Assembly (NCBI GenBank): GCA_950097015.1
Contig: CATNEN010000031.1
Coordinates: 1-64,000, forward strand
Source: Macrostomum hystrix
Taxonomy: Eukaryota > Animalia > Platyhelminthes
Length of the DNA stretch: 64,000 bases
Direction of reading: 5' to 3'
Of the stretch, positions 1 through 15,000 are shown one piece after another. The stretch's first letter is position 1. Every line of letters begins with the position of its first letter. Both the position numbers and the translations under genes were made by a program. The notes below the pieces were generated by a model. The model did not search any database and was not told the DNA's origin. It saw only the letters and a program-made list of their open reading frames with translations.

Positions 1-3000
1 ATGGCAATGCAGGAAAAACATCGAAGTGTGCGCTGTATATAAGTTCCGGCTAGCTTTTCTCATAAATCGTAGTTACTTGCTAAATAAGCACTTGAAACAG
101 GCTTTCACAGGTCTAGCTTCTTGCTTGACAATGAAGAGTTTTAAGAACAATTAAAGCACCTTTTACGCGCTGAAGAACAGCTTGGCGCGTGCTGCTTGCA
201 AGGAGTGCGTTACGCTGCTCATTCAGCACAGAGTATTGGCGCTGATGGCAATTTGCTGGATTGAAAAAAGCCTTCACGTTTACCAACACTCACAGTGTGC
301 AGTGCAGGTGCAGTGCAGATGGCAATGCAGGAAAAACATCGAAGTGTGCGCTGTATATAAGTTCCAGCTAGCTTTTCTCATGAATCGTAGTATGTTGCTA
401 AAGAAGCACTTAAAACTGGCTTTCACAGGTCTAGCTTCTTGCTTGATAATGTAGATTTTTAAGAACAATTAAAGCACATTTTACGCGCTCAAGAACAGCT
501 TGGCAAGTGCTGCTTGCAAGGAGTGCGTTTCGCTGCTAATTCAGCACAGAGTATTGGCGCTGATGGCAATTTGCTGGATTGAAAAATGTGTTTAACATTA
601 CCAGCACTCACAGTGTGCAGGAAGATGGCAATGCAGGGCCGACATCGAGCTTGCGCTACACATAAGTTCCAGCTAGCTTTTCTCATGAATCGTAGTTTGC
701 TGCTTTATTAGCACTTAATACAGGCTTTCACAGGTCTAGCTTCTTGCTTGACAATGAAGAGTTTTAAGAACAATTAAAGCACCTTTTACGCGCTGAAGAA
801 CAGCTTGGCGCGTGCTGCTTGCAAGGAGTGCGTTTCGCTACTAATTCAGCACAGAGTATTGGCGCTGATGGCAATTTGCTGGATTGAAAAAAGCCTTCAC
901 GTTTACCAACACTCACAGTGTGCAGTGCAGTGTGCAGTGCAGATGGCAATGCAGGAAAAACATCGAAGTGTGCGCTGTATATAAGTTCCAGGCTAGCTTT
1001 TCTCATGAATCGTAGTATGTTGCTAAAGAAGCACTTAAAACTGGCTTTCACAGGTCTAGCTTCTTGCTTGATAATGTAGATTTTTAAGAACAATTAAAGC
1101 ACATTTTACGTGCTCAAGAACAGCTTGGCAAGTGCTGCTTGCAAGGAGTGCGTTTCGCTGCTAATTCAGCACAGAGTATTGGCGCTGATGGCAATTTGCT
1201 GGATTGAAAAATGTGTTTAACATTACCAGCACTAACAGTGTGCAGGAAGATGGCAATGCAGGGCCGACATCGAGCTTGCGCTACACATAAGTTCCAGCTA
1301 GCTTTTCTCATGAATCGTAGTTTGCTGCTTTATTAGCACTTAATACAGGCTTTCACAGGTCTAGCTTCTTGCTTGACAATGAAGAGTTTTAAGAACAATT
1401 AAAGCACCTTTTACGCGCTGAAGAACAGCTTGGCAAGTGCTGCTTGCAAGGAGTGCGTTTCGCTACTAATTCAGCACAGAGTATTGGCGCTGATGGCAAT
1501 TTGCTGGATTGAAAAAAGCCTTCACGTTTACCAACACTCACAGTGTGCAGTGCAGTGTGCAGTGCAGATGGCAATGCAGGAAAAACATCGAAGTGTGCGC
1601 TGTATATAAGTTCCGGCTAGCTTTTCTCATGAATCGTAGTTATGCTTGCTAAATAAGCACTTAAAACAGGCTTTCACAGGTCTAGCTTCTTGCTTGACAA
1701 TGAAGAGTTTTAAGAACAATTAAAGCACCTTTTACGCGCTGAAGAACAGCTTGGCGCAGTGCTGCTTGCAAGGAGTGCGTTACGCTACTAATTCAGCACA
1801 GAGTATTGGCGCTGATGGCAATTTGCTGGATTGAAAAAAGCCTTCACGTTTACCAACACTCACAGTGTGCAGTGCAGTGTGCAGTGCAGATGGCAATGCA
1901 GGAAAAACATCGAAGTGTGCGCTGTATATAAGTTCCAGGCTAGCTTTTCTCATAAATCGTAGTTACTTGCTAAATAAGCACTTGAAACAGGCTTTCACAG
2001 GTCTAGCTTCTTGCTTGACAATGAAGAGTTTTAAGAACAATTAAAGCACCTTTTACGCGCTGAAGAACAGCTTGGCGCGTGCTGCTTGCAAGGAGTGCGT
2101 TACGCTGCTCATTCAGCACAGAGTATTGGCGCTGATGGCAATTTGCTGGATTGAAAAAAGCCTTCACGTTTACCAACACTCACAGTGTGCAGTGCAGGGT
2201 GCAGTGCAGATGGCAATGCAGGAAAAACATCGAAGTGTGCGCTGTATATAAGTTCCAGCTAGCTTTTCTCATGAATCGTAGTATGTTGCTAAAGAAGCAC
2301 TTAAAACTGGCTTTCACAGGTCTAGCTTCTTGCTTGATAATGTAGATTTTTAAGAACAATTAAAGCACATTTTACGCGCTCAAGAACAGCTTGGCAAGTG
2401 CTGCTTGCAAGGAGTGCGTTTCGCTGCTAATTCAGCACAGAGTATTGGCGCTGATGGCAATTTGCTGGATTGAAAAATGTGTTTAACATTACCAGCACTC
2501 ACAGTGTGCAGGAAGATGGCAATGCAGGGCCGAACATCGAAGTGTGCGCTGTACACATAAGTTCCAGCTAGCTTTTCTCATGAATCGTAGTTTGCTTGCT
2601 TAATTAGCACTTAATACAGGCTTTCACAGGTCTAGCTTCTTGCTTGACAATGAAGAGTTTTAAGAACAATTAAAGCACCTTTTACGCGCTGAAGAACAGC
2701 TTGGCGCGTGCTGCTTGCAAGGAGTGCGTTACGCTGCTCATTCAGCACAGAGTATTGGCGCTGATGGCAATTTGCTGGATTGAAAAAAGCCTTCACGTTT
2801 ACCAACACTCACAGTGTGCAGTGCAGTGTGCAGTGCAGATGGCAATGCAGGAAAAACATCGAAGTGTGCGCTGTATATAAGTTCCGGCTAGCTTTTCTCA
2901 TGAATCGTAGTATGTTGCTAAAGAAGCACTTAAAACTGGCTTTCACAGGTCTAGCTTCTTGCTTGATAATGTAGATTTTTAAGAACAATTAAAGCACATT

Positions 3001-6000
3001 TTACGCTGCTCAAGAACAGCTTGGCAAGTGCTGCTTGCAAGGAGTGCGTTTCGCTACTAATTCAGCACAGAGTATTGGCGCTGATGGCAATTTGCTGGAT
3101 TGAAAAATGTGTTTAACATTACCAGCACTCACAGTGTGCAGGAAGATGGCAATGCAGGGCCGACATCGAGCTTGCGCTACACATAAGTTCCAGCTAGCTT
3201 TTCTCATGAATCGTAGTTTGCTGCTTTATTAGCACTTAATACAGGCTTTCACAGGTCTAGCTTCTTGCTTGACAATGAAGAGTTTTAAGAACAATTAAAG
3301 CACCTTTTACGCGCTGAAGAACAGCTTGGCGCGTGCTGCTTGCAAGGAGTGCGTTTCGCTACTAATTCAGCACAGAGTATTGGCGCTGATGGCAATTTGC
3401 TGGATTGAAAAAAGCCTTCACGTTTACCAACACTCACAGTGTGCAGTGCAGTGTGCAGTGCAGATGGCAATGCAGGAAAAACATCGAAGTGTGCGCTGTA
3501 TATAAGTTCCGGCTAGCTTTTCTCATAAATCGTAGTTACTTGCTAAATAAGCACTTGAAACAGGCTTTCACAGGTCTAGCTTCTTGCTTGACAATGAAGA
3601 GTTTTAAGAACAATTAAAGCACCTTTTACGCGCTGAAGAACAGCTTGGCGCGTGCTGCTTGCAAGGAGTGCGTTACGCTGCTCATTCAGCACAGAGTATT
3701 GGCGCTGATGGCAATTTGCTGGATTGAAAAAAGCCTTCACGTTTACCAACACTCACAGTGTGCAGTGCAGGGTGCAGTGCAGATGGCAATGCAGGAAAAA
3801 TATCGAAGTGTGCGCTGTATATAAGTTCCAGCTAGCTTTTCTCATGTATGTTGCCAAATAAGCACTTAAAACAGGCTTTCACAGGTCTAGCTTCTTGCTT
3901 GACAATGAAGAGTTTTAAGAACAATTAAAGCACCTTTTACGCGCTCAAGAACAGCTTGGCAAGTGCTGCTTGCAAGGAGTGCGTTTACGCTGCTAATTCA
4001 GCACAGAGTATTGGCGCTGATGGCAATTTGCTGGATTGAAAAAATGCTTTCACAGTTACCAACACTCACAGTGTGCAGGAAGATGGCAATGCAGGGAAAG
4101 ACATCGAAGCTGTGCGCTGTACTATAAGTTCCAGCTAGCTTTTCTCATGAATCGTAGTTATGCTGCTTAATTAAGCACTTAATACAGGCTTTCACAGGTC
4201 TAGCTTCTTGCTTGACAATGAAGAGTTTTAAGAACAATTAAAGCACCTTTTACGCGCTGAAGAACAGCTTGGCGCGTGCTGCTTGCAAGGAGTGCGTTTC
4301 GCTACTAATTCAGCACAGAGTATTGGCGCTGATGGCAATTTGCTGGATTGAAAAAAGCCTTCACGTTTACCAACACTCACAGTGTGCAGTGCAGGGTGCA
4401 GTGCAGATGGCAATGCAGGAAAAACATCGAAGTGTGCGCTGTATATAAGTTCCGGCTAGCTTTTCTCATAAATCGTAGTTACTTGCTAAATAAGCACTTG
4501 ATACAGGCTTTCACAGGTCTAGCTTCTTGCTTGACAATGAAGAGTTTTAAGAACAATTAAAGCACATTTTACGCGCTGAAGAACAGCTTGGCGCGTGCTG
4601 CTTGCAAGGAGTGCGTTACGCTGCTCATTCAGCACAGAGTATTGGCGCTGATGGCAATTTGCTGGATTGAAAAAAGCCTTCACGTTTACCAACACTCACA
4701 GTGTGCAGTGCAGGGTGCAGTGCAGATGGCAATGCAGGAAAAACATCGAAGTGTGCGCTGTATATAAGTTCCAGCTAGCTTTTCTCATGAATCGTAGTAT
4801 GTTGCTAAAGAAGCACTTAAAACTGGCTTTCACAGGTCTAGCTTCTTGCTTGATAATGTAGATTTTTAAGAACAATTAAAGCACATTTTACGTGCTCAAG
4901 AACAGCTTGGCAAGTGCTGCTTGCAAGGACTGCGTTTCGCTACTAATTCAGCACAGAGTATTGGCGCTGATGGCAATTTGCTGGATTGAAAAATGTGTTT
5001 AACATTACCAGCACTCACAGTGTGCAGTGCAGATGGCAATGCAGGGCCGACATCGAGCTTGCGCTACACATAAGTTCCAGCTAGCTTTTCTCATGAATCG
5101 TAGTTTGCTGCTTTATTAGCACTTAATACAGGCTTTCACAGGTCTAGCTTCTTGCTTGACAATGAAGAGTTTTAAGAACAATTAAAGCACCTTTTACGCG
5201 CTGAAGAACAGCTTGGCGCGTGCTGCTTGCAAGGAGTGCGTTACGCTGCTCATTCAGCACAGAGTATTGGCGCTGATGGCAATTTGCTGGATTGAAAAAA
5301 GCCTTCACGTTTACCAACACTCACAGTGTGCAGTGCAGGGTGCAGTGCAGATGGCAATGCAGGAAAAACATCGAAGTGTGCGCTGTATATAAGTTCCAGC
5401 TAGCTTTTCTCATGAATCGTAGTATGTTGCTAAAGAAGCACTTAAAACTGGCTTTCACAGGTCTAGCTTCTTGCTTGATAATGTAGATTTTTAAGAACAA
5501 TTAAAGCACATTTTACGTGCTCAAGAACAGCTTGGCAAGTGCTGCTTGCAAGGAGTGCGTTTCGCTACTAATTCAGCACAGAGTATTGGCGCTGATGGCA
5601 ATTTGCTGGATTGAAAAATGTGTTTAACATTACCAGCACTAACAGTGTGCAGGAAGATGGCAATGCAGGGCCGACATCGAGCTTGCGCTACACATAAGTT
5701 CCAGCTAGCTTTTCTCATGAATCGTAGTTTGCTGCTTTATTAGCACTTAATACAGGCTTTCACAGGTCTAGCTTCTTGCTTGACAATGAAGAGTTTTAAG
5801 AACAATTAAAGCACCTTTTACGCGCTGAAGAACAGCTTGGCGCGTGCTGCTTGCAAGGAGTGCGTTTCGCTACTAATTCAGCACAGAGTATTGGCGCTGA
5901 TGGCAATTTGCTGGATTGAAAAAAGCCTTCACGTTTACCAACACTCACAGTGTGCAGTGCAGTGTGCAGTGCAGATGGCAATGCAGGAAAAACATCGAAG

Positions 6001-9000
6001 TGTGCGCTGTATATAAGTTCCAGGCTAGCTTTTCTCATGAATCGTAGTATGTTGCTAAAGAAGCACTTAAAACTGGCTTTCACAGGTCTAGCTTCTTGCT
6101 TGATAATGTAGATTTTTAAGAACAATTAAAGCACATTTTACGCTGCTCAAGAACAGCTTGGCACGTGCTGCTTGCAAGGAGTGTGTTACGCTGCTAATTC
6201 AGCACAGAGTTTTGGCGCTGATGGCAATTTGCTGGATTGAAAAATGTGTTTGACATTACCAGCACTCACAATGTGCAGGAAGATGGCAATGCAGGGCCGA
6301 CATTGAGCTTGCGCTACACATAAGTTCCAGCTAGCTTTTCTCATGAATCGTAGTTTGCTGCTTTATTAGCACTTAATACAGGCTTTCACAGGTCTAGCTT
6401 CTTGCTTGACAATGAAGAGTTTTAAGAACAATTAAAGCACCTTTTACGCGCTGAAGAACAGCTTGGCGCGTGCTGCTTGCAAGGAGTGCGTTACGCTACT
6501 AATTCAGCACAGAGTATTGGCGCTGATGGCAATTTGCTGGATTGAAAAAAGCCTTCACGTTTACCAACACTCACAGTGTGCAGTGCAGTGTGCAGTGCAG
6601 ATGGCAATGCAGGAAAAACATCGAAGTGTGCGCTGTATATAAGTTCCAGGCTAGCTTTTCTCATGAATCGTAGTTATGCTTGCTAAATAAGCACTTAAAC
6701 AGGCTTTCACAGGTCTAGCTTCTTGCTTGACAATGAAGAGTTTTAAGAACAATTAAAGCACCTTTTACGCGCTGAAGAACAGCTTGGCGCGTGCTGCTTG
6801 CAAGGAGTGCGTTACGCTGCTAATTCAGCACAGAGTATTGGCGCTGATGGCAATTTGCTGGATTGAAAAAAGCCTTCACGTTTACCAACACTCACAGTGT
6901 GCAGTGCAGGGTGCAGTGCAGATGGCAATGCAGGAAAAACATCGAAGTGTGCGCTGTATATAAGTTCCGGCTAGCTTTTCTCATAAATCGTAGTTACTTG
7001 CTAAATAAGCACTTGATACAGGCTTTCACAGGTCTAGCTTCTTGCTTGACAATGAAGAGTTTTAAGAACAATTAAAGCACCTTTTACGCGCTGAAGAACA
7101 GCTTGGCGCGTGCTGCTTGCAAGGAGTGCGTTACGCTGCTCATTCAGCACAGAGTATTGGCGCTGATGGCAATTTGCTGGATTGAAAAAAGCCTTCACGT
7201 TTACCAACACTCACAGTGTGCAGTGCAGTGTGCAGTGCAGATGGCAATGCAGGAAAAACATCGAAGTGTGCGCTGTATATAAGTTCCAGCTAGCTTTTCT
7301 CATGAATCGTAGTATGTTGCTAAAGAAGCACTTAAAACTGGCTTTCACAGGTCTAGCTTCTTGCTTGATAATGTAAGAGTTTTAAGAACAATTAAAGCAC
7401 ATTTTACGCGCTCAAGAACAGCTTGGCAAGTGCTGCTTGCAAGGAGTGCGTTTCGCTGCTAATTCAGCACAGAGTATTGGCGCTGATGGCAATTTGCTGG
7501 ATTGAAAAATGTGTTTAACATTACCAGCACTCACAGTGTGCAGGAAGATGGCAATGCAGGGCCGACATCGAGCTTGCGCTACACATAAGTTCCAGCTAGC
7601 TTTTCTCATGAATCGTAGTTTGCTGCTTTATTAGCACTTAATACAGGCTTTCACAGGTCTAGCTTCTTGCTTGACAATGAAGAGTTTTAAGAACAATTAA
7701 AGCACCTTTTACGCGCTGAAGAACAGCTTGGCGCGTGCTGCTTGCAAGGAGTGCGTTTCGCTACTAATTCAGCACAGAGTATTGGCGCTGATGGCAATTT
7801 GCTGGATTGAAAAAAGCCTTCACGTTTACCAACACTCACAGTGTGCAGTGCAGTGTGCAGTGCAGATGGCAATGCAGGAAAAACATCGAAGTGTGCGCTG
7901 TATATAAGTTCCGGCTAGCTTTTCTCATAAATCGTAGTTACTTGCTAAATAAGCACTTGAAACAGGCTTTCACAGGTCTAGCTTCTTGCTTGACAATGAA
8001 GAGTTTTAAGAACAATTAAAGCACCTTTTACGCGCTGAAGAACAGCTTGGCGCTAGCTGCTTGCAAGGAGTGCGTTACGCTGATAATTCAGCACAGAGTA
8101 TTGGCGCTGATGGCAATTTGCTGGATTGAAAAAAGCCTTCACGTTTACCAACACTCACAGTGTGCAGTGCAGGGTGCAGTGCAGATGGCAATGCAGGAAA
8201 AACATCGAAGTGTGCGCTGTATATAAGTTCCGGCTAGCTTTTCTCATAAATCGTAGTTACTTGCTAAATAAGCACTTGAAACAGGCTTTCACAGGTCTAG
8301 CTTCTTGCTTGACAATGAAGAGTTTTAAGAACAATTAAAGCACCTTTTACGCGCTCAAGAACAGCTTGGCAAGTGCTGCTTGCAAGGAGTGCGTTTCGCT
8401 GCTAATTCAGCACAGAGTATTGGCGCTGATGGCAATTTGCTGGATTGAAAAATGTGTTTAACATTACCAGCACTCACAGTGTGCAGGAAGATGGCAATGC
8501 AGGGCCGACATCGAGCTTGCGCTACACATAAGTTCCAGCTAGCTTTTCTCATGAATCGTAGTTTGCTGCTTTATTAGCACGTAATACAGGCTTTCACAGG
8601 TCTAGCTTCTTGCTTGACAATGAAGAGTTTTAAGAACAATTAAAGCACCTATTGCGCGCTGAAGAACAGCTTGGCGCGTGCTGCTTGCAAGGAGTGCGTT
8701 TCGCTACTAATTCAGCACAGAGTATTGGCGCTGATGGCAATTTGCTGGATTGAAAAAAGCCTTCACGTTTACCAACACTCACAGTGTGCAGTGCAGTGTG
8801 CAGTGCAGATGGCAATGCAGGAAAAACATCGAAGTGTGCGCTGTATATAAGTTCCGGCTAGCTTTTCTCATAAATCGTAGTTACTTGCTAAATAAGCACT
8901 TGAAACAGGCTTTCACAGGTCTAGCTTCTTGCTTGACAATGAAGAGTTTTAAGAACAATTAAAGCACCTTTTACGCGCTGAAGAACAGCTTGGCGCGTGC

Positions 9001-12000
9001 TGCTTGCAAGGAGTGCGTTACGCTGCTCATTCAGCACAGAGTATTGGCGCTGATGGCAATTTGCTGGATTGAAAAAAGCCTTCACGTTTACCAACACTCA
9101 CAGTGTGCAGTGCAGGGTGCAGTGCAGATGGCAATGCAGGAAAAACATCGAAGTGTGCGCTGTATATAAGTTCCAGCTAGCTTTTCTCATGAATCGTAGT
9201 ATGTTGCTAAAGAAGCACTTAAAACTGGCTTTCACAGGTCTAGCTTCTTGCTTGATAATGTAGAGTTTTAAGAACAATTAAAGCACATTTTACGCTGCTC
9301 AAGAACAGCTTGGCAAGTGCTGCTTGCAAGGAGTGCGTTTCGCTGCTAATTCAGCACAGAGTATTGGCGCTGATGGCAATTTGCTGGATTGAAAAATGTG
9401 TTTAACATTACCAGCACTCACAGTGTGCAGGAAGATGGCAATGCAGGGCCGACATCGAGCTTGCGCTACACATAAGTTCCAGCTAGCTTTTCTCATGAAT
9501 CGTAGTTTGCTGCTTTATTAGCACTTAATACAGGCTTTCACAGGTCTAGCTTCTTGCTTGACAATGAAGAGTTTTAAGAACAATTAAAGCACCTTTTACG
9601 CGCTGAAGAACAGCTTGGCGCGTGCTGCTTGCAAGGAGTGCGTTTACGCTACTAATTCAGCACAGAGTATTGGCGCTGATGGCAATTTGCTGGATTGAAA
9701 AAAGCCTTCACGTTTACCAACACTCACAGTGTGCAGTGCAGTGTGCAGTGCAGATGGCAATGCAGGAAAAACATCGAAGTGTGCGCTGTATATAAGTTCC
9801 GGCTAGCTTTTCTCATGAATCGTAGTATGCTTGCTAAATAAGCACTTAAACAGGCTTTCACAGGTCTAGCTTCTTGCTTGACAATGTAGAGTTTTAAGAA
9901 CAATTAAAGCACCTTTTACGCGCTCAAGAACAGCTTGGCAAGTGCTGCTTGCAAGGAGTGCGTTTCGCTGCTAATTCAGCACAGAGTATTGGCGCTGATG
10001 GCAATTTGCTGGATTGAAAAATGTGTTTAACATTACCAGCACTCACAGTGTGCAGGAAGATGGCAATGCAGGGCCGACATCGAGCTTGCGCTACACATAA
10101 GTTCCAGCTAGCTTTTCTCATGAATCGTAGTTTGCTGCTTTATTAGCACTTAATACAGGCTTTCACAGGTCTAGCTTCTTGCTTGACAATGAAGAGTTTT
10201 AAGAACAATTAAAGCACCTTTTACGCGCTGAAGAACAGCTTGGCGCGTGCTGCTTGCAAGGAGTGCGTTTCGCTACTAATTCAGCACAGAGTATTGGCGC
10301 TGATGGCAATTTGCTGGATTGAAAAAAGCCTTCACGTTTACCAACACTCACAGTGTGCAGTGCAGTGTGCAGTGCAGATGGCAATGCAGGAAAAACATCG
10401 AAGTGTGCGCTGTATATAAGTTCCGGCTAGCTTTTCTCATAAATCGTAGTTACTTGCTAAATAAGCACTTGAAACAGGCTTTCACAGGTCTAGCTTCTTG
10501 CTTGACAATGAAGAGTTTTAAGAACAATTAAAGCACCTTTTACGCGCTGAAGAACAGCTTGGCGCGTGCTGCTTGCAAGGAGTGCGTTACGCTGCTCATT
10601 CAGCACAGAGTATTGGCGCTGATGGCAATTTGCTGGATTGAAAAAAGCCTTCACGTTTACCAACACTCACAGTGTGCAGTGCAGGGTGCAGTGCAGATGG
10701 CAATGCAGGAAAAACATCGAAGTGTGCGCTGTATATAAGTTCCAGCTAGCTTTTCTCATGAATCGTAGTATGTTGCTAAAGAAGCACTTAAAACTGGCTT
10801 TCACAGGTCTAGCTTCTTGCTTGATAATGTAGATTTTTAAGAACAATTAAAGCACATTTTACGTGCTCAAGAACAGCTTGGCAAGTGCTGCTTGCAAGGA
10901 GTGCGTTTCGCTACTAATTCAGCACAGAGTATTGGCGCTGATGGCAATTTGCTGGATTGAAAAATGTGTTTAACATTACCAGCACTCACAGTGTGCAGGA
11001 AGATGGCAATGCAGGGCTGACATCGAGCTTGCGCTACACATAAGTTCCAGCTAGCTTTTCTCATGAATCGTAGTTTGCTGCTTTATTAGCACTTAATACA
11101 GGCTTTCACAGGTCTAGCTTCTTGCTTGACAATGAAGAGTTTTAAGAACAATTAAAGCACCTTTTACGCGCTGAAGAACAGCTTGGCGCGTGCTGCTTGC
11201 AAGGAGTGCGTTTACGCTACTAATTCAGCACAGAGTATTGGCGCTGATGGCAATTTGCTGGATTGAAAAAAGCCTTCACGTTTACCAACACTCACAGTGT
11301 GCAGTGCAGTGTGCAGTGCAGATGGCAATGCAGGAAAAACATCGAAGTGTGCGCTGTATATAAGTTCCGGCTAGCTTTTCTCATAAATCGTAGTTACTTG
11401 CTAAATAAGCACTTAAACAGGCTTTCACAGGTCTAGCTTCTTGCTTGACAATGAAGAGTTTTAAGAACAATTAAAGCACCTTTTACGCGCTCAAGAACAG
11501 CTTGGCAAGTGCTGCTTGCAAGGAGTGCGTTTCGCTACTAATTCAGCACAGAGTATTGGCGCTGATGGCAATTTGCTGGATTGAAAAATGTGTTTAACAT
11601 TACCAGCACTCACAGTGTGCAGGAAGATGGCAATGCAGGGCCGACATCGAGCTTGCGCTACACATAAGTTCCAGCTAGCTTTTCTCATGAATCGTAGTTT
11701 GCTGCTTTATTAGCACTTAATACAGGCTTTCACAGGTCTAGCTTCTTGCTTGACAATGAAGAGTTTTAAGAACAATTAAAGCACCTTTTACGCGCTGAAG
11801 AACAGCTTGGCAAGTGCTGCTTGCAAGGAGTGCGTTTCGCTACTAATTCAGCACAGAGTATTGGCGCTGATGGCAATTTGCTGGATTGAAAAAAGCCTTC
11901 ACGTTTACCAACACTCACAGTGTGCAGTGCAGTGTGCAGTGCAGATGGCAATGCAGGAAAAACATCGAAGTGTGCGCTGTATATAAGTTCCGGCTAGCTT

Positions 12001-15000
12001 TTCTCATAAATCGTAGTTACTTGCTAAATAAGCACTTGAAACAGGCTTTCACAGGTCTAGCTTCTTGCTTGACAATGAAGAGTTTTAAGAACAATTAAAG
12101 CACCTTTTACGCGCTGAAGAACAGCTTGGCGCGTGCTGCTTGCAAGGAGTGCGTTACGCTGCTCATTCAGCACAGAGTATTGGCGCTGATGGCAATTTGC
12201 TGGATTGAAAAAAGCCTTCACGTTTACCAACACTCACAGTGTGCAGTGCAGGGTGCAGTGCAGATGGCAATGCAGGAAAAACATCGAAGTGTGCGCTGTA
12301 TATAAGTTCCAGCTAGCTTTTCTCATGAATCGTAGTATGTTGCTAAAGAAGCACTTAAAACTGGCTTTCACAGGTCTAGCTTCTTGCTTGATAATGTAGA
12401 TTTTTAAGAACAATTAAAGCACATTTTACGCGCTCAAGAACAGCTTGGCAAGTGCTGCTTGCAAGGAGTGCGTTTCGCTGCTAATTCAGCACAGAGTATT
12501 GGCGCTGATGGCAATTTGCTGGATTGAAAAATGTGTTTAACATTACCAGCACTCACAGTGTGCAGGAAGATGGCAATGCAGGGCCGACATCGAGCTTGCG
12601 CTACACATAAGTTCCAGCTAGCTTTTCTCATGAATCGTAGTTTGCTGCTTTATTAGCACTTAATACAGGCTTTCACAGGTCTAGCTTCTTGCTTGACAAT
12701 GAAGAGTTTTAAGAACAATTAAAGCACCTTTTACGCGCTGAAGAACAGCTTGGCGCGTGCTGCTTGCAAGGAGTGCGTTTCGCTACTAATTCAGCACAGA
12801 GTATTGGCGCTGATGGCAATTTGCTGGATTGAAAAAAGCCTTCACGTTTACCAACACTCACAGTGTGCAGTGCAGTGTGCAGTGCAGATGGCAATGCAGG
12901 AAAAACATCGAAGTGTGCGCTGTATATAAGTTCCGGCTAGCTTTTCTCATAAATCGTAGTTACTTGCTAAATAAGCACTTGAAACAGGCTTTCACAGGTC
13001 TAGCTTCTTGCTTGACAATGAAGAGTTTTAAGAACAATTAAAGCACCTTTTACGCGCTGAAGAACAGCTTGGCGCGTGCTGCTTGCAAGGAGTGCGTTAC
13101 GCTGCTCATTCAGCACAGAGTATTGGCGCTGATGGCAATTTGCTGGATTGAAAAAAGCCTTCACGTTTACCAACACTCACAGTGTGCAGTGCAGGGTGCA
13201 GTGCAGATGGCAATGCAGGAAAAATATCGAAGTGTGCGCTGTATATAAGTTCCAGCTAGCTTTTCTCATGAATCGTAGTATGTTGCCAAATAAGCACTTA
13301 AAACAGGCTTTCACAGGTCTAGCTTCTTGCTTGACAATGAAGAGTTTTAAGAACAATTAAAGCACCTTTTACGCGCTCAAGAACAGCTTGGCAAGTGCTG
13401 CTTGCAAGGAGTGCGTTTCGCTGCTAATTCAGCACAGAGTATTGGCGCTGATGGCAATTTGCTGGATTGAAAAATGTGTTTAACATTACCAGCACTCACA
13501 GTGTGCAGGAAGATGGCAATGCAGGGCCGACATCGAGCTTGCGCTACACATAAGTTCCAGCTAGCTTTTCTCATGAATCGTAGTTTGCTGCTTTATTAGC
13601 ACGTAATACAGGCTTTCACAGGTCTAGCTTCTTGCTTGACAATGAAGAGTTTTAAGAACAATTAAAGCACCTTTTACGCGCTGAAGAACAGCTTGGCGCG
13701 TGCTGCTTGCAAGGAGTGCGTTTCGCTACTAATTCAGCACAGAGTATTGGCGCTGATGGCAATTTGCTGGATTGAAAAAAGCCTTCACGTTTACCAACAC
13801 TCACAGTGTGCAGTGCAGGGTGCAGTGCAGATGGCAATGCAGGAAAAACATCGAAGTGTGCGCTGTATATAAGTTCCGGCTAGCTTTTCTCATAAATCGT
13901 AGTTACTTGCTAAATAAGCACTTGATACAGGCTTTCACAGGTCTAGCTTCTTGCTTGACAATGAAGAGTTTTAAGAACAATTAAAGCACCTTTTACGCGC
14001 TGAAGAACAGCTTGGCGCGTGCTGCTTGCAAGGAGTGCGTTACGCTGCTCATTCAGCACAGAGTATTGGCGCTGATGGCAATTTGCTGGATTGAAAACAG
14101 CCTTCACGTTTACCAACACTCACAGTGTGCAGTGCAGGGTGCAGTGCAGATGGCAATGCAGGAAAAACATCGAAGTGTGCGCTGTATATAAGTTCCAGCT
14201 AGCTTTTCTCATGAATCGTAGTATGTTGCTAAAGAAGCACTTAAAACTGGCTTTCACAGGTCTAGCTTCTTGCTTGATAATGTAGATTTTTAAGAACAAT
14301 TAAAGCACATTTTACGTGCTCAAGAACAGCTTGGCAAGTGCTGCTTGCAAGGAGTGCGTTTCGCTACTAATTCAGCACAGAGTATTGGCGCTGATGGCAA
14401 TTTGCTGGATTGAAAAATGTGTTTAACATTACCAGCACTCACAGTGTGCAGGAAGATGGCAATGCAGGGCCGACATCGAGCTTGCGCTACACATAAGTTC
14501 CAGCTAGCTTTTCTCATGAATCGTAGTTTGCTGCTTTATTAGCACTTAATACAGGCTTTCACAGGTCTAGCTTCTTGCTTGACAATGAAGAGTTTTAAGA
14601 ACAATTAAAGCACCTTTTACGCGCTGAAGAACAGCTTGGCGCGTGCTGCTTGCAAGGAGTGCGTTACGCTACTAATTCAGCACAGAGTATTGGCGCTGAT
14701 GGCAATTTGCTGGATTGAAAAAAGCCTTCACGTTTACCAACACTCACAGTGTGCAGTGCAGTGTGCAGTGCAGATGGCAATGCAGGAAAAACATCGAAGT
14801 GTGCGCTGTATATAAGTTCCAGCTAGCTTTTCTCATGAATCGTAGTTATGCTTGCTAAATAAGCACTTAAACAGGCTTTCACAGGTCTAGCTTCTTGCTT
14901 GACAATGAAGAGTTTTAAGAACAATTAAAGCACCTTTTACGCGCTGAAGAACAGCTTGGCGCGTGCTGCTTGCAAGGAGTGCGTTACGCTACTAATTCAG

